Virus record (IMG/VR): IMGVR_UViG_2901984674_000003 | Direction: 5' to 3' (one strand) | DNA length: 64,000 bases | Source: a virus | Taxonomy: Duplodnaviria > Heunggongvirae > Uroviricota > Caudoviricetes | Part shown: positions 55,590-64,000 of the stretch, one piece after another | Numbering within the stretch: the first letter of the stretch is position 1 | Layout of the letters: every line of letters starts with the position of its first letter | Notes under the pieces: model-generated | The model's database searches: none | What the model saw: only the letters and a program-made list of their open reading frames with translations | What the model was told of the DNA's origin: nothing | Translations under genes and position numbers: made by a program

Positions 55590-56525
55590 TTAATTCTCTA
55601 GTTCTTTAAGATGTTTTAGCACTTTGTTATTATCCTTGTTTTCAAGCTCTTGTATGATATGCAGATAGGTTTTTTGTGTAGTTAGGGTGCTTGCATGACC
55701 CAGCCTCTTAGACACGCTTAAAATTGACACTCCGCTAAACAGCAATAGGGACGCATGAGTATGCCTTAGTCCATGAATTGTAATAGGGGAGATACCAGCT
55801 CGTTTGCATAGCGTGTTTAAACGACTGTTGATTGTTGAGTTAAATATCTTTTGGTTGTCTTTAACGAAGATTGGAGCGTTTGGATCAAGTCCTTTTAACA
55901 GTCTTTTAAAGTTTTTCAACAGGCTTGGATCAACGATAACTTTGCGGTTGGAACTTTCGTTTTTAGTAGGTTGAAAGCCACCACCAAACTTGTAGTTCCA
56001 AGATTTGTTGACAACTATTTGCTTACCTTTAAAATCAAAGTCGTTTGGAGTTAAAGCCAAAGCTTCAGCAAACCTTAACCCAGTCTTGCTAATTAGATAA
56101 ACAAACCAGTCCCAGTTAACTTGGTCTTTGGGTAAGTCCAACTGTTGCATTAAAGCTTTAAGCTCAAACAAGTCCAAAAACTTTTTCTTTTTATCGACCT
56201 TAGGCTTACCTTTAATGATAGCTTTTCTCGTAGGGTCTTGTTTGATTAAACCATCTTCATAGGCATCGACAAAAGCTGCTTTTAAGTGATGATGAAAGTC
56301 CATTGTAGTTTCTCTAACATGATCTTTAGCATATTCGTTCAACAACAGTTGGTATCTCTTTCTATTCAACTCATTCATATGAAGGTTAGGGCATAGTCGT
56401 TTAAGATGCTGGTATGCAAGTTCATACTTAAGGTAAGTAGAGTGTCGTACCGCACCTTTCTTATACAATTCAATCCATTCCTTGTAATATTTATGTACTA
56501 ATTTTTTACTTACTCTTTGTGTCAT
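55590..56525 (-). CDS. int: Tyrosine site-specific recombinase (phage integrase family)
   Basis: C-terminal catalytic region RFAEALAL...HGLRHTHASLL...LGHASTLTTQKTYLH (R, HxxR and Y). Confidence 0.85.
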   Translation of the reverse strand: MTQRVSKKLVHKYYKEWIELYKKGAVRHSTYLKYELAYQHLKRLCPNLHMNELNRKRYQLLLNEYAKDHVRETTMDFHHHLKAAFVDAYEDGLIKQDPTRKAIIKGKPKVDKKKKFLDLFELKALMQQLDLPKDQVNWDWFVYLISKTGLRFAEALALTPNDFDFKGKQIVVNKSWNYKFGGGFQPTKNESSNRKVIVDPSLLKNFKRLLKGLDPNAPIFVKDNQKIFNSTINSRLNTLCKRAGISPITIHGLRHTHASLLLFSGVSILSVSKRLGHASTLTTQKTYLHIIQELENKDNNKVLKHLKELEN

Positions 56526-56679
56526 TTTTTTATTCCTTTCTATAATTATAATTTATGTTTTAACATAGATTTAACTTATCATTTAAGCCGAAAATCAAGG
56601 CTAATTTCAAGTATTATTTTACCAAAAGTGACTCGTAATAAAATTCAAAATACGATTATATCAAGGTTTACTCAAGCTA

Positions 56680-57598
56680 TTAATGTTGCAAAGCAACGTT
56701 CGTATGATGATAGTTGAGTGTTGGTGGGGTTGGTGGAGTACTTTTAATAGGTAATGGAATACCACCTAGATTCTGATGATAGAAGCCCATAAAACCTGAA
56801 CCATCAGGAGCATCGTTTCCCCAAGCTGGGTCAGCGGCACTGAATACATATGAAACAGTGCTTGAGTTAGGTACTAAGAACCATGATTGATACTGCGTAT
56901 TCTTGCCCTCAGAGAAGTCATCAACGTTATTTGTGTTAATAGATCCAAGATAACCATTTCCACTATAATCTTTATTTTCAGAACCACGTAATGCGCTAAC
57001 AGCATTATAAACTGCAACTGATTGGTGAGCATCAACGTCACCTACACCAATTAGACTAGTTATATTAATTGGTGTATTAGTACCATGTTCTAAGAATGTA
57101 AGTCCATATCTAACAGCACCAATTCCAGCTACGTCAGAACCGATATACTTCTCTCCAACCATAATCATTGGAGGTAGACCATATCTTCCACTGTAATCTA
57201 GTCCTAATCCTTGTACAGTAACTTTAAGATCAATGCTTTTGCCTGATTTAGTATCGGTAAAGGCATTATTATATTTCCAAGTTGTTCCTTGTGCCAGTTT
57301 ATATATATCACCAAAAGCCTTAGATGAAATATAACCCTTTAATCCTGGATCTACCTTAGGATTAGATAGAATTGAGTTTAATTCACTTTGGCTAAAACTT
57401 TGTAAAGTTCCTTTATCAAAAGTCATATTACTTCCAGCGCTAACATAAGAAACATTAGGTAGATTTTGTCCTAAGAAATCTAAAACTTGTTTAACAGACC
57501 AGCCTGTTTTAGCTGCAGCCGCTTCTAAGAATTGTTGGTTATCCTTTTCCCACTTAGCATAAGAATCTTTGTATTGTTGTACTTGAACGTAAATCGCT
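56680..57598 (-). pseudogene. 5'-truncated adhesin fragment on the opposite strand (a paralogue of the N-terminal and V-region of the 57764 adhesin), ending ...LNYHHTNVALQH
   Basis: The frame is open from the stop at about 57598-57600. The first Met is at 57426, and no start or RBS is present. ...VQQYKDSYAKWEKDNQQF... parallels ...VQQYKKDLDNYNQKL... in the intact gene. Confidence 0.5.
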
Positions 57599-57763
57599 TT
57601 CTAAAACTAGCTAAAATCATTAATCCAAAGACTAAAAATAACGATATTTCAAGCTAAAATTTAAAATATTTTCGTAAACAAAGAATTATATTTTGCAACA
57701 CTTCGATAAACCTTTAATGTATCATGTAAATATAACCATTAACTATTATAAGGAGGAATTTAG

Positions 57764-60700
57764 ATGGTTTCAAAAAACAATATGATGCTGTTGGAAAACA
57801 AGCAGAACCGTAAGAATATGCGTTACGGTATTCGCAAGTTTTCTTCTGGTACCGCTAGTGTATTGTTAGGCTTTACTGTTGCTGGAACAGTGATGATGAT
57901 GGCTAATCATAAAGAAGCAAGTGCTGATACTGTAGGCACCCAAAGTAATACAAATAGCATTTCTTCAACAACGCAAAATGCTTCAGTACCAATTCAATCT
58001 CCAAAGAGCCAAGACGTACAAAATGCTGTTAACAACGCTGTAAATCAAGGGGTACAAGTTACTCAAAACAACAGCCAAACAATTGTTGCTCATAATACAA
58101 CAGAAGTACAACAAGCTCAACAACAAGTTAGCCAAGCTAACCAACAACAAGCTGATAGAATTAACGGTGTAGCTCAACAACAAAAGCAACTAAACGATCA
58201 GTATGCTAAAGATAAGGCTGAATATGATACTTGGCAAGCTAATACTAAAGATGCTACAACAGTAAACAAGCAAAATTCAGACAAATTGCAAGCTGCAGTT
58301 CAAGCTGCAAAAGCTGCTGGAGTTCAAGTTACTCAAAATCAAACACAAACTTTAACAGCTACAAACTCTACTTATAATAGCGTTAAACAAGACGTTAATA
58401 ATAAGTACAACCAACAAGTTTCTAGTTTGAATAGCATTACAGATGCACAAAAAGACCTTAATAACAGGTATAATAGTGCAAAAGCTGATGCACAAAATCT
58501 TAACTCAGATAGTAACGCAACTCGTAATTCACTTGATTCAGCTATAAGGAATGCCCAATCAACTAATGGGGTAAAACTTATAGATGATGGTACACGCAAT
58601 GTTACTGTTGATGTAAATAATTACGCTGCTAAAAAAGCTGAAATTGAGCGTGATAACAAGCAACAAGCAGATAGTATTAATTCTCAAGTACAACAATACA
58701 AAAAGGATTTAGACAACTATAATCAAAAACTCAATCAAGCTGGTAAAAATGTAGTCGATTCACGCTCATTAATTCAAAAATTAACAATTGAGAGTGAACC
58801 TAATGCTAAGTTAACTATCACTAATGCAAATAACATTAATGTTAATCCAATTGAAAATCTAAAGTTTAATTTACTTGATAATATGGGTAATGGATACGGT
58901 ATCGGTATAAAAGATAGCAGTAAAGTAGCAAGTTTCGATGCAACTTTTACTAATTTAAGTAGATTATCTTATAAAGGCAAAAAGATTAGCAAAGTCATCA
59001 TGCACTTTTCTGGTACTGGTGAAAATTGGGGAATGAACTTAGCAAATAACTTATACTATGGTTTTCATTCTTGGAACGGAGCTAAAAATATTAGATTTGA
59101 ATGGTTCTATGAAGATGGAACTAAAGTGAATTTCGAGAATGGTACGGCATATTTAACTGTTGCTTCATTAAATACCTATCTTCAAAGGAATCAATGGGGG
59201 CATGAACGCACTACCGTTATTTCGGGTGGAAAGGCATTAGCCTTATATGGATCATCTGTATCACTTCATAATGGCAATGAATTGTATTCGTCTAAAGCTA
59301 ATAGTATTGATACAAGCGGCAGAGCCAGAGCAACAGATGGTGCAGATTCTAAACCAGACCAAAAATTAATTGATAACTTTTTCCCTAACCAAAAAGATAT
59401 TACTAATACCAATATTCCTTATAAGTGGGATACCGCCAATTCTCCAGATCGTTATTATGGAGCTGGATTAATAGCTTTAAATGGTAGTGATTTAACGATT
59501 AAAGTTGACGTTAAAAATGATGATAGACCTAATGGTACAGAACCTTGGAACGCTCAATGGGCTAACTTTGGAACAATCATTCCAGAGACTCCTAATATTA
59601 ACAGACCAGAGCTAACAGTTCACTATCATCATACGAACGTTGCTTTGCAACCACCAACTCCGCTTAAAGCTAACTTTACGGAGTACCAAATTAAGGCAAC
59701 AGGGACTGGCGATGAGATTAATACTCCACCACAACCAACACACTTATCTACTTCCTATACCAACTACAACATTGTCTATCAAGCAACTTCTGATAAGAAT
59801 TGGAAGGAAGGTAGCCAAACTGTAAATGGTAAGTTGGAAATTAACGATGATGTAGCTCATGCCAAGGTTGATATGACGGTTCCAAGTCCATCAACTGTAG
59901 ACGGTAAATTGACTCATGTTTCATTAACTGATAACTATAGTAGATTTGCTAAGTTTGTAACTGTAACAGGAGCTAACGTTTATGAAAACGAACGTAATGC
60001 GACAGCTGATTACAATATCACTAACGCAAATAACGTTGTTACAGCTACACGTAAAAACCCAGCTACAGTCAATGGTGGTACTGTATCGTTGGTAGTTGAC
60101 TTTAAGGTTAACCCTGATGTACCTTCAGGAACTAAGTTGGTTAACTCAGGTTCAGGTACAATCAATACTCAAACTGTACCAACACCTGATGCACAAATCG
60201 TAACCTTTACTCAAAAGCCAACTAAGCATTGGATTGAAGGTAGTCAAGTAGTTGATGGCAAGACTTATATCAACGATGATATTGTCACAACTAAGGTTGA
60301 TATGGACTTACCTGATCCTAAGCAATTAGCTAAGACTTTATCTTACGTTTCAGTTACTGATGATTATCGTGACTTTAAAGACAAAGCTGTTTTACAGTCT
60401 TACAAAGTTCTTGAAAATGGTACTGATGTAACATCTCAATATACGGTTACAAACAACGCTGGTTTACTCCAAGCTGTACGTAAGAATGCAGCTACTACTC
60501 CAGCTGGTAAGGTTTCCTTGATTGCTACGTTTGCTGTTAACCATGATGTTAAGTCTGGCACAACCTTCACAAACCGTGGTTCTGGTCGTATCAACAACCA
60601 TACAGTTGATACAAACACTCCACAAATTGTTACATTTAAGCAAGATACAAGCAAACACTGGGTTGAAGGTAGCCAAGTAGTTGATGACAAGACATATATC

Positions 60701-63700
60701 AACGAAGACATGGTACACGGTCAAGTAACCATGACTCTACCTAATAGAGATAGTTTAGCTAAAGCTTTAACAGACGTTACTTTAGTTGATGATTACAGTG
60801 ATTATGCAAACAAAGTATCTTACGTAAATGCACAAGTATTTGAAAACGGTACTGACGTAACAAGTCAATACACTATTACAAATGCTGGTAACAAGATTAC
60901 AGCTACACGTAAGAACCCAGGTGATACTCCTTCTGGTAGTGTTCGCTTAGTTGCTAACTTTAAGTTAAATAACAACTTGCCTTCTGGTACTAAGTTAATT
61001 AACCGTGGTTCTGGTCGTATCAACAACAATACGGTTAATACAAATGAAGCTAAGATCCTAACTTATGTTCAATCTACGGATAAACACTGGGTTGAAGGCT
61101 CACAAACAGTTGATGGTAAGACTTACATTGCTAATGATGTAGTTCACGGTCAAGTAAGTATGACTTTACCTGATCCTAAAACTTTAGCTACACCATTGAA
61201 GAATATAACTGTTGTTGATGACTACCGTAACTTCATGAATAAGGTTGATTATCAATCAGCACAAGTTCTGGAAAATGGTGAAGATGTAACAAGTCAATAC
61301 ACTATTACTAATGCTAACGGTCAAGTTACTGCAACACGTAAGAATGCCAGTGCAGCTCCAGCAGGTAAAGTTCAATTAAACGTAAACTGGCGCATTCATA
61401 ATGATGTTGCAAGTGGTACAACTTTAGTAAATGCAGGTTCTGGACGCATTAACGATCATACCGTACCAACTCCTAACCGTAACATTGTTACTTATAAGCA
61501 AGATGGGTTAAAGGATTGGATTAACGCTCAAGGTCAAATCGTTAACGGTAAGACTTATATTGATAATGATACAGTTCACGCTAAGTTAGTTATGACTTTA
61601 CCTGATCCAAAAGCTTTAGCTACACCATTAACTAAAGTTCAATTGGACGACAATTATTCTAAGTTCGCAGGCTTAGTTGATTATGTAAGTTCACAAGTGC
61701 TTGAAAACGGTACTGATGTAACAAGTCAATATACTATTACTAACGCTAACGGTCATGTAATTGCAACTCGTAAAGATGCAAGTAAGACTCCAGGCGGAAA
61801 CGTTGAGTTTAGAGTAAACTTCAAGATTCATACTGATGTGCCTTCTGGTACAACTCTAATGAACTCTGGTGAAGTAACGTTGAACTCTGAAACAGTTCCA
61901 ACACCAACTCCAAACATTGTTACTTACAAGCCTGATACAGATAAGCATTGGGTAGAAGGTAGCCAAGTGGTTGACGGTAAGACATACATTGCTAATGATG
62001 TTGTTAACGGTCAAGTAACCATGACATTACCTGAACCAAGCAAGTTAGCTGAAAAACTAAAACGTGTAGTTGTTACTGACGATTTCTCCAAGTTCGCTGA
62101 CAAGGTAGATTACAAGTCTGCTAAAGTACTTGAAAATGGTACTGATGTAACAGCTCAATACGATATTAAGGTAGCTAACGGCAAAGTTATCGCAACTCGT
62201 AAGGACGCTTCTACAACACCTGCTGGTAAGGTTGTCTTACAAGCATTCTGGAAAGTTCATAACGACATTGAAAGTAACACTCAACTTGTTAACTCAGGTT
62301 CAGGTCAAATCAATGATGAAGTTGTTCCAACTCCTGATCGTACAATTGTTACTTACAAACAAGATACTGAAAAGCACTGGAGAGATGATGGCGGACAAAT
62401 CGTTGATGGCAAGATTGCAATCAATGATGACATTGTTACAGCTAGAGTTGATATGACTTTACCTAAGGGAGAAAACTTAGCTAAACCATTAGATAAGATT
62501 CAATTGGTTGATGATTTCTCCAAGTTTGCTGACAAGGTTACACTACAAGCCGTACATGTTTACGAAAACGGTAAAGATGTTACAGACCAATATGATATTC
62601 ATGTTGAAAATGGTAGAGTTGTAGCTACACGCAAGGACGCAAGCAAGGTTTACGACCATACAGGTGCTGCTAACGCTACAATGAAGGCTACTTTAAAGGC
62701 TAATGAAGCTCTAAACGTTAACGACTTAGTACACACAGCTAGTGCTAACGTTAACGATAGTAAAGTATCAACTGTAAACAGACTTGCATTTAACCGTTTG
62801 TTTGCTAAATCATTCATTACAAGCAACATTGCTGTAACAAGTGATAACAATATCAAGAGCCAAATTGATATGGCTGTTCCAACAAACGTAGATGCTAAGA
62901 CACCTATGACTGTAACAAGCGATTACTCTAATTTTGCTAAATACGTAAATGTTAAGGACGCTACAGTCTACGAAAATGGTAAGAATGTAACAGCTGACTA
63001 CACTATCAAAGATGATAAAGCAGGTCATGTAACTGCTATTAAGAAAGACGGTAGTGAATCTGACGGTGGCCAAGTATCGTTAGTTGTTGATTACGAAGTA
63101 AACCACGATATTCCAAATGGTACAATCCTTGAAAACCACGGTTCTGGTACATTGAACGGACAAGATGTACCAACAAATACACCAAGTATCACAACTTACA
63201 ACCAAGATACAAGCAAACACTGGGTTGAAGGCGATCAAAACGTTGATGGTAAGATCTACGTTAACGGTTCAACAGCTCATGCACAAGTAAGCATGACTCT
63301 ACCTGATCAATCCAAGTTAATCAATAAGCTTTCAAACGTAAGCATTGACGATGATTACTCCAAGTTTGCTAAATTAGTAGATTACAAGTCTGCTAAAGTG
63401 CTTGAGAACGGTAAAGATGTAACGTCTGAATACACAATCAAGAACGCTAACGGTCATGTTACAGCTGTACGTAAAGATGCAAGCAAGACCCCAGCAGGTA
63501 ACGTTCAACTTCTAGTTGACTTTGAAATTCACAAAGATGTTAAGTCTGGTACAGAGCTTGTCAATGGTGGTTCTGGTACACTTAATAAGAACACTGTACC
63601 AACAAATACACCTTCAATCTGGACTTACACTCCTGATGGTGAAAAGCACTGGGTATTAGATGGTAACGTTACAGATAGCAAGATTTACTTCTCTGGCGAC

Positions 63701-64000
63701 AAAGCAGTTGCTCAAGTTTCTGTTGATTTACCTGATACAAGCAAACTTGCCACTCCATTAAGCAAGTTAGTCTTAGTTGATAACTACTCTGATTTTGCTG
63801 ATAAAGTTAAGTTAGATAGTGCTAAGGTGCTTGAAAATGGAAAGGACGTAACGTCTGAATACGACTTGACTAATAAAGATGGTAAGGTAATTGCTACTCG
63901 TAAAGATGCAACTAAAACACCTTCTGGTAAGGCTGTTTTAGTAACAACATTTACTATCAACAATGGTATTGAAAATGCGACAGCATTACACAACAAGGGT
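57764..64000 (+). CDS. Large cell-surface adhesin (partial, more than 2078 aa, running off the window) with a YSIRK-type signal peptide, an Ala/Gln-rich coiled region, a lectin-like domain, the HYHHTNVAL-PPTP junction and at least 14 tandem ~133-aa Ig-like repeats
   Basis: ATG 57764 after an AGGAGG RBS. Signal RYGIRKFSSGTASVLLG. Repeat unit ...TYKQDTSKHWVEGSQVVDGKTYI.NDDVVHGQVTMTLPD...LA.PL..V.VTDDYS.FA.KVDY.SAKVLENGTDVTSQYTITNANG.VTATRKDAS.TPAG.V.L...F.IH.DV.SGT.L.N.GSG.IN...VPTP. No stop before position 64000 on manual translation. It is absent from the ORF track because it has no stop in the window. Confidence 0.8.
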   Translation, partial: MVSKNNMMLLENKQNRKNMRYGIRKFSSGTASVLLGFTVAGTVMMMANHKEASADTVGTQSNTNSISSTTQNASVPIQSPKSQDVQNAVNNAVNQGVQVTQNNSQTIVAHNTTEVQQAQQQVSQANQQQADRINGVAQQQKQLNDQYAKDKAEYDTWQANTKDATTVNKQNSDKLQAAVQAAKAAGVQVTQNQTQTLTATNSTYNSVKQDVNNKYNQQVSSLNSITDAQKDLNNRYNSAKADAQNLNSDSNATRNSLDSAIRNAQSTNGVKLIDDGTRNVTVDVNNYAAKKAEIERDNKQQADSINSQVQQYKKDLDNYNQKLNQAGKNVVDSRSLIQKLTIESEPNAKLTITNANNINVNPIENLKFNLLDNMGNGYGIGIKDSSKVASFDATFTNLSRLSYKGKKISKVIMHFSGTGENWGMNLANNLYYGFHSWNGAKNIRFEWFYEDGTKVNFENGTAYLTVASLNTYLQRNQWGHERTTVISGGKALALYGSSVSLHNGNELYSSKANSIDTSGRARATDGADSKPDQKLIDNFFPNQKDITNTNIPYKWDTANSPDRYYGAGLIALNGSDLTIKVDVKNDDRPNGTEPWNAQWANFGTIIPETPNINRPELTVHYHHTNVALQPPTPLKANFTEYQIKATGTGDEINTPPQPTHLSTSYTNYNIVYQATSDKNWKEGSQTVNGKLEINDDVAHAKVDMTVPSPSTVDGKLTHVSLTDNYSRFAKFVTVTGANVYENERNATADYNITNANNVVTATRKNPATVNGGTVSLVVDFKVNPDVPSGTKLVNSGSGTINTQTVPTPDAQIVTFTQKPTKHWIEGSQVVDGKTYINDDIVTTKVDMDLPDPKQLAKTLSYVSVTDDYRDFKDKAVLQSYKVLENGTDVTSQYTVTNNAGLLQAVRKNAATTPAGKVSLIATFAVNHDVKSGTTFTNRGSGRINNHTVDTNTPQIVTFKQDTSKHWVEGSQVVDDKTYINEDMVHGQVTMTLPNRDSLAKALTDVTLVDDYSDYANKVSYVNAQVFENGTDVTSQYTITNAGNKITATRKNPGDTPSGSVRLVANFKLNNNLPSGTKLINRGSGRINNNTVNTNEAKILTYVQSTDKHWVEGSQTVDGKTYIANDVVHGQVSMTLPDPKTLATPLKNITVVDDYRNFMNKVDYQSAQVLENGEDVTSQYTITNANGQVTATRKNASAAPAGKVQLNVNWRIHNDVASGTTLVNAGSGRINDHTVPTPNRNIVTYKQDGLKDWINAQGQIVNGKTYIDNDTVHAKLVMTLPDPKALATPLTKVQLDDNYSKFAGLVDYVSSQVLENGTDVTSQYTITNANGHVIATRKDASKTPGGNVEFRVNFKIHTDVPSGTTLMNSGEVTLNSETVPTPTPNIVTYKPDTDKHWVEGSQVVDGKTYIANDVVNGQVTMTLPEPSKLAEKLKRVVVTDDFSKFADKVDYKSAKVLENGTDVTAQYDIKVANGKVIATRKDASTTPAGKVVLQAFWKVHNDIESNTQLVNSGSGQINDEVVPTPDRTIVTYKQDTEKHWRDDGGQIVDGKIAINDDIVTARVDMTLPKGENLAKPLDKIQLVDDFSKFADKVTLQAVHVYENGKDVTDQYDIHVENGRVVATRKDASKVYDHTGAANATMKATLKANEALNVNDLVHTASANVNDSKVSTVNRLAFNRLFAKSFITSNIAVTSDNNIKSQIDMAVPTNVDAKTPMTVTSDYSNFAKYVNVKDATVYENGKNVTADYTIKDDKAGHVTAIKKDGSESDGGQVSLVVDYEVNHDIPNGTILENHGSGTLNGQDVPTNTPSITTYNQDTSKHWVEGDQNVDGKIYVNGSTAHAQVSMTLPDQSKLINKLSNVSIDDDYSKFAKLVDYKSAKVLENGKDVTSEYTIKNANGHVTAVRKDASKTPAGNVQLLVDFEIHKDVKSGTELVNGGSGTLNKNTVPTNTPSIWTYTPDGEKHWVLDGNVTDSKIYFSGDKAVAQVSVDLPDTSKLATPLSKLVLVDNYSDFADKVKLDSAKVLENGKDVTSEYDLTNKDGKVIATRKDATKTPSGKAVLVTTFTINNGIENATALHNKG

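Noticed and set aside
1-64000. Search for cas1/cas2/cas4, IS200 TnpA (Y1 HUH) and a conjugative relaxase
   Set aside because: No ORF shows Cas1 (large acidic metal-site protein), Cas2, RecB-like Cas4, an HuH-Y1 transposase or relaxase (HuH plus Tyr) signatures. The arrays and OMEGA nucleases therefore appear to be solo, and no relaxase is encoded in this window.

Overview
The window is low-GC (roughly 35-38%) Firmicutes DNA that looks Lactobacillaceae-like, with a YSIRK-signal adhesin, an Apf-like LysM protein, a sortase and a flotillin. It reads as a plasmid or ICE-like accessory region. Backbone modules include two partition systems (ParM/ParR at 16.0-17.7 kb; ParA plus a small partner at 37.6-38.8 kb) and two replication modules (a RepA_N initiator at 24.5 kb; a replisome-organiser-like initiator plus DnaB helicase at 39.3-41.5 kb). 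A transfer-like block holds an FtsK/SpoIIIE coupling ATPase, a LysM lytic enzyme, a thioredoxin-like protein, a polytopic VirB6/TcpH-like membrane protein and an unusual Clp-like D1-D1-D2 AAA+ ATPase. There is also a frameshift-split MmeI-like Type IIG R-M gene, a tyrosine recombinase embedded between inverted adhesin-gene fragments, and a large partial YSIRK adhesin at the 3' edge. The standout content is at 19.2-23.5 kb and 33.5-37.4 kb, with related genes at 0.4-2.0, 27.2-28.4 and 42.3-44.0 kb. These regions carry three TnpB (IS605 OrfB) genes, one intact and one 5'-truncated IscB gene with upstream omega-RNA-like scaffolds (plus an orphan scaffold copy), and about 15 anticodon-arm-less tRNA-like minihelix elements. 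They also carry six copies of a ~130-nt conserved RNA scaffold that begins 'GGAGGACGCUUGUUCUCGACAGCUUGG'. Each scaffold is followed by a CRISPR-like array of 36-nt repeats (consensus GTTCTGAACCTAGGTTAAATGACATAGGTGTAAGAC) with unique 30-nt spacers. One array has 7 repeats at a perfect 66-nt period. The 493-aa TnpB/Cas12-like gene is sandwiched between arrays. No cas1, cas2 or cas4 is present. The whole looks like a TnpB-to-Cas12-type intermediate (type V-U-like) that uses tRNA-like punctuation and scaffold/tracr-like modules.
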